This document shows positions 51,738 through 61,644 of a DNA stretch of 61,644 nt, in pieces. The stretch is from Bigelowiella natans CCMP2755 (lineage: Eukaryota; Protista; Cercozoa): NCBI GenBank assembly GCA_000320545.1, contig ADNK01000442.1, positions 1-61,644 of the forward strand, read 5' to 3'. The notes below the pieces were generated by a model. The model did no database searches. It was given only the letters and a program-made list of their open reading frames with translations, and was not told where the DNA came from. The translations under genes and the position numbers were made by a program. Position 1 is the stretch's first letter. Every line of letters starts with the position of its first letter.

Positions 51738-53716
51738 ATCGTCGTGAACCAACCAGCACCACCACCACATATGTTTTGTTCATAGCGTAAAAGAGCGTGA
51801 AGAGGGCTTTCTTCTAGCTCCGGAAAAACGGCACATCACCTGCTGCCTCGTGTACAAGGATTTGATGGAAACACTCCATGACCTCGTCAGTTCGCTTCTT
51901 CATATCAAGCACAGCTGAAAACATAGCACAGTGGCAGCAGGGTGGTGTGAGGAGTATATATCCACGCAACGACAGAAACAAAGAAGAGGGGGATCACAAC
52001 GAACGATGAAAAGTGCAAAGAAGAGGAGGATCAGCAACGAACGATGAAAAAGTGCATCTTCATGGATGTGTTTGCTTGCCTCACCACCATCATGCTCGGT
52101 CGAAGAAGCAGCTTCAGCTTCGTGTAAGGCTTTCGCATAAGTCCAGAGAGTTATGCAGTGTGACAAAATCTCTGGAGTCTTCATTGAGTTGCCGCCATGG
52201 CTTTTACACCCACCCCCTGACGTGTCTTGTCCATCAGTCGTGATCATTTGTGCCATAGTTCGAATCTGCGCGACAGCAGAATCGATGGTATTACTTGCGA
52301 TTCTGTTCTCGGTGCCCCCCGCCCCTGCCCCTGATGACGATGAGAGGTCTATGGACGTTGCAGCACTGGAAGTCGTTGAAAGAAGGTGAGCAGCCAATGG
52401 TTTCAGCTTAGAATCAACGCCATTCATCAAGCCCAGAGCCTTGAGGGACGTAAATGGAATGGACGGGCCGATAGCAGCCAGTTCGTTTAAGCTTAGCACT
52501 TCCGAAGAGGAGGAGGAGGAAGACGAGGAAGAGGACGAGGAGGATGATCTCTCCGAGTAACTCTTCAAGTATTTCTCACAAGCTTGTCTTGAGAAAAGGC
52601 AACAACGAAAATCTGCGGGACATGGTAGATAGTGATGGAGAAGCAGGAGGAGTAGGAGGGGAAGTGCGAATAAGGGCTGAAGTTGAGAATCGGTGGACAA
52701 ACTAGCAAGCAAGAAAGCAACCAAATACAATGCAGACCGACCTGCCTGAGAAATAGTATCGTCGTGGTGACCTAGAGATTTCTGGATCCGTGCGTGTATT
52801 CGTGAGCATATTTCCCCAATGTTATCCTCCACAAATTTTCTGATAATTGATACTCAGTTATTGGACATCGACGACATCGCTTTTTGCACATAGGCTGAAA
52901 GGGTAACGCTGCATGTTTGATCTACCGTCGTCACTATCACCAATACAACCTGTAGGACTTTTTCTCGAGCGCCAGTGAATCCAGTACAAGCTAGAAAATA
53001 ATTGCGGACAAGCAGAGCATGATCAAAGTAACGTCGACAAGAAGAGAGAGAGGGTGAGATATGATCGGATACCTCTTTCAGCGCCTGAATGTCTGGAATA
53101 TCGGTGGTCTGGGAGTTGGTGTTTGGCCCAATATTTCCATTGGATTTGGCTTTGACATGGGCTGAGAGCTCCCGCGAGAACGCACTCACGAGTTGATCTG
53201 AACGGATAGGCAGAAAAGACGATAAAAATGACACTGAGGATGAAAATTACAGCGCTCCGCTTTTTATTCTCACCCATTATAGAATGAGAGGGTCAGCTGT
53301 TGAGGGAGCTGCTGAGTTGAGCAGCCTTGCGTTCGTGGAGGTGGCTTGTGGGCCGCGGAGGTGGTGGGTACGCTGTTGTTGTTTGTGTTGCTTAAAAGTT
53401 CTTTTCGTAGTTTATTTTCTTACGAAGTTACCTGTATCGACTCGGACGAGATCCTCTGCCATACGGCTCCAAAGATTGTTTTGCGATGTTTCACCAATAC
53501 ACTTTGGTCCAAAAAGAGCGTGGGAAAGTCGGCGATTATCGCCCTCAATACTTCCAGCCGAAACATCTCTGCGACAGGCGAGACTGCAGTCAGCATGGGA
53601 AAGTCGGGCTGTTTCCGAGTTTCCTCTCTTCGCTGGATGACAGGTTTGACAACCTGAGAATTCGTGAGAGTTTCCAGATTGAGGTTGTTTTTTTTGGCGC
53701 AGCATAAAAATGCCAT
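50137..53716 (-). CDS. Large uncharacterised multi-exon protein, helical body with long acidic tract and basic C-terminus (probably nuclear or nucleolar); start uncertain (53716-53795)
   Basis: Series of long minus-strand ORFs (53420-53740, 52854-53234, 51900-52832, 51056-51637, 50137-50997). The last carries a poly-E/D tract and KNNKRNRRSARQHTRRLRSKKS*. Confidence 0.6.
51979..52057. repeat. Imperfect ~38-bp tandem duplication
   Basis: aagaagagggggatcacaacgaacgatgaaaagtgca followed by aagaagaggaggatcagcaacgaacgatgaaaaagtgca. Confidence 0.8.
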
Positions 53717-53894
53717 GGGATTATTACCTAGCGACAACAAACAGCACGTTGTCTGCGGATGCAGGATCCAAAGCCAACGGCGAACTGCCTCTCATCAACG
53801 CTTTCTCCCCCCACTAACCGAATCATCGCAATGAAGCCTATGGTCAAGCCTTCGTAGCTTAAGCCTATAACCAAGGCTGAGAGAAGCACCAACC

Positions 53895-55378
53895 ATGGAG
53901 AGGGGGAGAGGTCCCGCCGCGCGCAGAGCTCCCATTCTTAAAGAGTGCACGACGGGAGCACCGATTTTATTGGTCGTCGCTGCGGCAGTGGGTATTATCA
54001 CCTTCTCCATGGATCCAGGGGGCGAATCTATATTGGTAAATTGTTGACTGTGCATTTCTCACCCTCATGGTGGTTGAATCCTTGCTGTGACTTTGCAGGA
54101 CGATTACTTTTCGGGAAAGAATTTGGGCAGCAGCGGGTTGCTTGGACAAAAGGAGGGAGCTGCAGTTAAGGTCCCCCCGCTTGCATCTTCTCGGCAAAGA
54201 TCATCGGATCCTTTTGCAAAGCTGGGTAGTAGCCACACACCATCTCACCAAATGTCGTCCGATTTCGCGCCCATTATCTTCTCGTCGTTGCGGGCAGTAG
54301 AGTGGCTACTATTGTGTGTAGTCTCATCTCTTTTGTCCGATGTTTCCCGTCCCCACACCTTGCACTCCTTTTGTGTACGTACCCCTAGTGCGTCAACTGG
54401 ACGATGAATTGGTTCCGAAGAGCGAGCTTCAGAAAAAACACAACCACCCTATTTTCAACATGGTGAGTAATAAAGCCCATAGGTGAATTGTTGGATAAAG
54501 AAGACTCATTATTTAGGTCCGGAATAAGGAGAATTTCTTGAAAGTTTACGACGCTGTGAGCAGACGATACAATCCCTACTTCGCGAAAATGTAGTTTTTT
54601 AGCTCTGCTAGTAATACCATGGATATCGTAGCTACCAATGCTATCATCATCATCATCATCGTTATCATCCATCATCGCCATTATACGCACTATTCCAGTC
54701 TTCTCTGATTACTCCAATCTACTCGATAAGAGATCCTCCTTGAGACATTAAATTCTGATGGGCCACCATCTACTATCCCTTAGCTTACAGGTCAAAGGCC
54801 ATTCGGTGTACTGGTAGGCAGCCTATATTAGTTGCACGATCGACTTCTTTTAATGACGACACACATCCTTATTACCACGCGGAGATTTGCGACGAGCTTT
54901 GTCCTCCTTGAATAGGACTTCATTTCCCATCCACTCCCCAACTTACACTGCTAGAAAGCAGCATCTCAATTTGTGTCTGTTTATTCCTTTTAATTGTCCC
55001 CAGCCGGTGGTGTATGCGGTGCGGCGGTATTATGTATATTGCACATACCCGTACTTATACCTGATGACTTTTTCTCTAGTGAGTTGGAAGGAAACTTCAC
55101 TGAAACATATTATAAATACCAGTGGCTGCTAAAGGTACTGTTTTACTACTGTGACGTATTTGTAGTGCGTTCTCGTACTGTCCATGGGTGAAAACAACGC
55201 AACTCTCTTTCTCTTTCTCTTTTCTTTCTTTGGATATGCGTGCGTGCGTGGGTGCGTGTGTGTGTGTGTGTGCGTGGAGCTGCATGGCCTCTACTCGAGA
55301 TCAGACAACATTGAATACAAATCATATCAGCACATGAACTTTTTCCTCCTTCCACTCCTCCCCCCCCCCTTCCTCCAC

Positions 55379-55411
<33 letters not shown>

Positions 55412-56994
55412 TCAGATGAAATCAAAGCATATGACGGAATACAAATATGGGTAATTATCCTTATAAGTCATCGATCATTCATCTCACGTTTTAGTGGCAG
55501 TGAGTGGTAGTAGTAGTAGTAGTAATAATAGTAGTACTTACTACTCAACCGACTCCCGTTCTTCCTCTCGCTTTTACACTTCAATTCTTTTTGTTGAAGA
55601 AGGGAAACGCATGATCGGAAGATTGTTTTGAGGGATTTGAAGTCTATGATATCTCACATGACATAGTAGCAGCAATTGTAACCACCACCAGCACCAACAG
55701 CAGCAGCAACACCAAGTGCGTTGTATGAGCGACGTGATCTGTCGTATGACATGGTGTAGGTATGACGGGAAGCTGAGGATGTTTGAAACGGATACTCTCG
55801 GCCACGTGGAGACTCTTGACGTTGAGGATAGAGAATATGGGCTGCTACGACGATGGATTCAATCAGGTGTGTGAAAAAAAGAACACTCGAATGATGATGA
55901 TGACGATGGTGATGATGGTGAAAGCTGCAACCTGCTGCTGCTGCTGATGATGATGATGATGCGGCCGATGACTATTTTGACGATGTGGTGCTAATATGAT
56001 GTTGAAAAAGTATGATGATACAAGTAGTAGATGATAGTGGAAACGACACCTAATGCGAAATTGTTTCACGTAGGGATGTGGACGACACTGAACGTGTTGA
56101 AGCGGCTGGAAGTCGATCTATCTCATGTAGTTTTAGTAGTAATAGCAGTAGTAGTGCAGTATTCAAATACATGGTAGGAATATTGTACTGCTGCTGCTGC
56201 TGGATTGCTGTTTTTATCATCGTTCTCCTCTAAACATGCCGATCCCCCCCCCCCCCCCCCCCCCTCTCTCTTTCGTGCGTGTGTGCGTGTGTGCGTGTGT
56301 GCGTGTGTGCGTGTGTGCGTGTGTGCGTGTGTGCGTGTGTGCGTGTGTGCGTGTGTGCGTGTGTGCGTGTGTGCGTGTGGTGTGTTGCCTGACCGTCTTC
56401 TTCTTCTTCCTCAGGATCTTGATACCGTCGATTGGCGCGACGATCCGCACACACATCCTGAGCTTAAGCATGTGGAAGATAATGAAGATGTTAACCCGAA
56501 GGAAACGGTTAGCAACCTCAAGCAAGCTGCTGCTCATACTGCTGCTACTACTGCTTCAGATATTACTATTACACCTATGGATATTCCGAATACCTGCCAA
56601 AAGTCTTTCTCCTCACGGCTGCTACACAAATCATTGTTGCGCTCCTTTAATACAAAGACGCGCTGTACCACACACGCACACACACATATTATATTTATGT
56701 ATATTTATATTTGATACATTTATACCAGGTGCGACTCAGCTTCAAGCTGAGAGGTGGTACCGGGCTGAAAGCAATCGCGACGTACAATATGAACAACTGG
56801 GATCTCATGTCGATTGACGTAAGAGGGTCTATTAGGGAGGGAGGGGGGGGCAACCAAAATATCTTCGGAAAACAAAGGAACATGATCGTTGTCGTTAAAA
56901 CTCATCAGAAATAAGTACGATCCGATATTATGGTTGTGTGCGTGCGTGCGTGCGTGTGTGTGTGTGTGTGTGTGTGCTTTAATGTTTTGATACA

Positions 56995-57040
<46 letters not shown>

Positions 57041-57318
57041 CCTGCAGATTCCGTACGGAGGGCGTGTGCAACGGTCAGTAAACAAACGCTATTCTCCCTT
57101 TATTCTCTCATTGAGATTGGTCACGCAAACACACGCACACATTCATATCATGCTGTGTGTATGTGTTTGTGTGTTTGTGTGTGTGCGCGCGCGTGTGTCC
57201 TTTTATAACTAAAAGCTTAATAGATTTTATTTGGTGATCTGTACAGCATCTCGTATTGTCAATATAAGGACTTCTGTAACGGTGAGGTAGTATCACATCA
57301 AATATGTCTATTTATCCC

Positions 57319-57383
<65 letters not shown>

Positions 57384-57505
57384 TTATGTGTTTGTGTGGT
57401 GGCTGGTGGGTTGCTGTGGGAGAGTAGGTGCGACTCCCAAGCCTCGTACACTTGATATGGGACCAAGCACCCATTGCAAATACGTTAAAGGTAGTAATAG
57501 TAGTG

Positions 57506-57538
<33 letters not shown>

Positions 57539-57938
57539 CATGTACCATTACATCATCAATTCTCACCATCATCATCAGTAGTGGTAATAGCGAATAGCTG
57601 ATATGAGGATGATGTACGTTGTTAATATGTACTATTCTTCTAATTGTTATTATCGTTCTCCTCCTCCTTCTTCTTCTTCTTCTTCTGCCCCAAGGTCACA
57701 GACGTCCAGTATCTGAACATCAGCCTCCACCCCGACTACTTCAACAGAAAGGTGCTTAGAATCACGGATAGATGGGGGAATGACAGAATATGTCATGGAG
57801 TGTACCGTCGACTGATAAAGAGCCATAGCAGCATTGGAAGAAAACCCTCTCCCTAACTCACTGTTATTTGATATGGCATGACAAGAAGCTTATCATATTG
57901 CTAATGGTGTGTGTTGGTCGCTGCCGTCATATTTATCT

Positions 57939-57970
<32 letters not shown>

Positions 57971-58269
57971 AGCAGCAGTAGAATAACAACAACTCTCTTT
58001 CCCCCCCCCCCCCTACCCTCGTCCAATTGCTCCACTCTCTCCCCCCCTCCCGTCCCCATTTAAATAAACAGAGTCCCATTTGTCCCGCTGACGTGGTCTG
58101 GCATCATGGCGTTTCTAGTGCAGTTCCGATATGGAAGCACGTGGCTGGACACCTCACGGTTGGCACCAACAAGCGTCCATCTTCGTTTGTACCACGTTTA
58201 TAAGTGAATGAGTGTTTTCTATAGCACTAACGACACATGTGCATTGTATATCGCAATGGTGGATTAAAT

Positions 58270-58323
<54 letters not shown>

Positions 58324-59466
58324 ATTTAATCCACCATTGCGGTGTTGCTGTCAGATTCGCGCAACCATCAATGGATTCGACGGTTAGCTGCAGTGTTAAG
58401 AAGGAGAAGAAGAAGAAGAAGGGGGGGGGGAAATGAGAATCGAGGACATGACTTGCGTGTTTGTCTTCTCTTTATTACTTCTTTTTCCTCGAAGAACCCG
58501 CTCTGTATTAATTAGTCTTGTCGTCGTCACTTTCTTTCTGTTTCTTCTCATCCTGCAACCTTCCCCGCCCTCCCTACCCCCCCTCCCCCCCCATCAGCAC
58601 CAGGCTACTTCATCTTAGACACATGCTCCAGTGCGTGCTGCATAACGAAAGCGTTCGCAGATAAACTAAAGCTGCCCGAGTTTGGATCTACACTTGCCAT
58701 GGTGCGTAGTCGATGCGGGGGTGGGAGATTAGTAGATCAGAGGAGGAGGAGAAGAAGAGGAAAATGAAAGAATGGGTGCGAGAGTAGTAGCGGTTCTCTG
58801 AACGAAAAGGGGACCGATGAGGATAAGAGCTGAGAATACAGTGCCGTGCCATAGAAGGGGAAACCTGTTACTATTTACTTGTCGTTATTATTATTATTAT
58901 TATTATTGGTATTTATTATTTATTATCATTGGTTATTTAGCTACTTGCTTTCTTGTGCTTCACGTATTTAATATTACCACTACCACTACTACTAATACTG
59001 TAGGAGCCAAACGGAATGATGAAAACGCAGTTCAGAAAACTTCGATCGCTAAAGGTACTACGTGCATGTTGTTTGAGTGTGTATGCGCGCACGCGTGTGT
59101 GTGTGTGTGTGTCAAACAAATGTACATGCAGGTTTCACTTTACTTTTCCTCCTCCTTCTCCTCCTCATTATCATCCTGATTCTCTTCTTCTTCTTCTTCT
59201 TCTTCTTCTTCTTCTTCTTCTTGTCGTTAAGGTTGGACCGTTGGAGATACGTGACTTGGTGGCTCTGCAAATCCAAACGCTCGATCATTTTGGCCAGGTC
59301 AAATCAAGAAGAATAAGAAGTGCTTTGAATACTCCTCCTTTTATGGGGATGAGTCTAATAATAACAACAATGACTGAATATCCCCCAATGTTTGCTGTGA
59401 CGTACCACGTATATACTAATAGGAGCCAGGCCACCTTCTAGGAATTCTCGGTTACGATTTCTGGCG

Positions 59467-59512
<46 letters not shown>

Positions 59513-60067
59513 CTAAGGGATAACACGACAACCAAATGGTTGTCGTCGGGGTTTGATATGTGCGAAAGCGTATACTGTTTCACTCCTCTTTCGGCCTATT
59601 ATTATCTCGTTGCAGAGCCGTTGTGGAAGTACCTGCGAGACTGCCAGGCAAGCTATTCTACTCGCTAGAGCAGCCCTCTGGCTACATTCAAGTAAGAAGG
59701 GGGGGGGGGGTTGAAGATCGTGATGACGATTTCGGCGATGATGATGATGATGATTATGTTTGATGAAGATAAAAGCAAAAGAAGATGAAGGCAAACAACA
59801 AATAAAGAATTAGAATAGGGTATGGAAGGAGATTGTCCGGACGGGAAAGCGACTATTCCCCCTCCTATAAAATCCAAGATCCCAATACGAATATCGATGA
59901 TGATATTGTTACGTGTTTTTGGTTATTTTTAGGTCCATCATCCCCACAATTGCCCTGTTTTCCCGTCAGTCAGATTTCCTTCGCTACTACGCTAACAACG
60001 ATCCCTATCCCCGCCCCAAAGACAACACATATACACAAAATAGTATACACACACAGAGAGACAGGCA

Positions 60068-60105
<38 letters not shown>

Positions 60106-60614
60106 CGTTCATACTTAAGAGACAAAGAGAGAAGGATGTGTTACTGATAAATATCACTCATACTCCAGCGACATGCCCCCCTCCTCGGCATTGACGACGA
60201 AGAAGAAAAAGAAATCATCGATCCGACGTAACGCGACGGGCCATAACGATGATCATAATGATGCTGACAACGACAACGATGCTGCTGCCGCCGTCTCCGG
60301 AATTCGGCCGCAAGATAATCTCGTCAAGATGGAGGGGTGAGCGTCACATCACCGACAACCAGCAAATAACCATCATCCTGTCAGCAGCAACCTACCAACC
60401 ATCAGTGATTATTGTTAGTATTTGCCTCGAATCAAGCGTTAATTGAGTGCAGAGAACTCGGTGGCCTTTTCTACATTCTTTCGCGCGAACATACAGCATT
60501 GAATCATTGTCCAGATGCTCTGATGATGAGAATAGTCACGGGCTGTTCCCCCTCCCCTCCTGGACAGAGCGGGCTGAACTAGATTATTGAGTCGTTGAAC
60601 CCCCCCCCTGCCCT

Positions 60615-60676
<62 letters not shown>

Positions 60677-60849
60677 TTCTCAGATCGCTAAGACATCCTA
60701 GGTATGAGAACGGATCCGTGTTGAAGGTCGATATGCTCATAGACAAGCACAGAGTGTCTCGGGAACGGGGGGCTGGTAAGCTATTGGCGTCACCGGACAA
60801 AGAGAATCTACTTTCGCACTCCATCGACACCGAGGTAGTAGTAGTAGGA

Positions 60850-60887
<38 letters not shown>

Positions 60888-60935
60888 AGTGATTTTGCAG
60901 CATCATACTGGAGGAGAGGAGGAGAGAGAAAGAAC

Positions 60936-60968
<33 letters not shown>

Positions 60969-61127
60969 GGAGGGAGAATGCAGAAATTAAAGTTTCTTGA
61001 GAGGGGGGGAGAATGGCATAGATAAGAAGCAGCCTCGTTGATGATCCCCAGTTTCGCCTTCATTGCATACCATTGAAAGGTGTAGCTTCTCTGGTCTCTC
61101 TTCTCTCTTCCTCTTCTTCTTCTTCTT

Positions 61128-61158
<31 letters not shown>

Positions 61159-61320
61159 CCATCGTCGTTGTCGTCGTTGTCGCCGGTCTTGCACAGGAGG
61201 AGATTGAGAGGTTCAGAGTCGCCCTCAAGTTGAAGGAAGAAAAGGAGAATAACAACTGCACGGAAGGTGTTAGCAATCGGGCTCACACACTCTCTCACTC
61301 TCTCTCTCGCACTCTCTCTC

Positions 61321-61376
<56 letters not shown>

Positions 61377-61408
61377 TAAATAAGTGTTTCGGATTTCCTC
61401 CGGATACC

Positions 61409-61444
<36 letters not shown>

Positions 61445-61644
61445 TTTGTTGGAATTTTGTGCTCGCTTGCTTCTCTTCTCTTCTCTGATGATTTACCATC
61501 CTCCTGTCGGCTCTGGTGCTATTTATTATGCTACGTGTTGAAGATCCTACCAAAGAAGCGGAGAGGGCGGACGCCATCAGCCGATTAGATGCCAAGTTTG
61601 AGCATGTACGGCGACAGAACTGCTGATATATTTTGTTTATTTCT
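53895..61644 (+). CDS. Retropepsin-like (bacterial-type) aspartic protease homologue with N-terminal hydrophobic presequence; more than 20 exons, 3' end beyond the window
   Basis: MERGRG..ILLVVAAAVGIITFS; KYG|YDGK..WIQSGMW; GHLT|IRATINGFD|GYFILDTCSSACCITKAFADKLKL; VGPLEI; LLGILGYDFW. Phase-compatible exons continue to ..SRLDAKFEH at 61605; the exon chain at 59.9-60.7 kb is uncertain. Confidence 0.7.
56275..56379. repeat. (GTGTGCGT)~13 intronic minisatellite, pure purine-pyrimidine alternation
   Basis: Directly visible 8-bp tandem unit spanning about 105 bp. Confidence 0.9.

Noticed and set aside
60579-61595. Minus-strand ORFs of 179-202 aa suggesting another gene
   Set aside because: Largely microsatellite translation; plus-strand exons with proper splice sites explain the region.

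Overview
Eukaryotic nuclear DNA: gene-dense, with many short GT-AG introns often filled with microsatellites. Several proteins carry signal-peptide-plus-transit-peptide presequences, which suggests an alga with a secondary plastid (chlorarachniophyte-like; inference only). Manual splicing gives 16 protein-coding genes: a type II membrane SGNH-like protein (partial), a 30-exon U32/RlhA-type Fe-S hydroxylase, a giant Trf4/5-type poly(A) polymerase, a FAM166-like ciliary protein, galactokinase, DUF427, a ZDHHC6-like palmitoyltransferase, an FW-ubiquitin-2OG oxygenase fusion, a 9-finger C2H2 protein, MsrB-like, an unknown secreted protein, a HAD-IIA hydrolase, a cupin-DUF952 fusion, a short-chain asparaginase, an unknown acidic-tailed protein and a retropepsin-like protease (partial). 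Most notable: (1) the FW(NBR1)-uncleavable ubiquitin-2OG/Fe(II) dioxygenase fusion; (2) a multi-zinc-finger protein that begins with a signal peptide (candidate endosymbiont- or nucleomorph-targeted regulator); (3) strict strand alternation of all 16 genes, with a distinctive purine-pyrimidine palindrome-rich signature in the tail-to-tail spacers; (4) several bacterial-type domains fitted with eukaryotic targeting tags (CaaX, PTS1, tail anchor, Tat). All gene models are hand-derived without transcript or database support. Most short ORFs in the supplied track are microsatellite or antisense artefacts.
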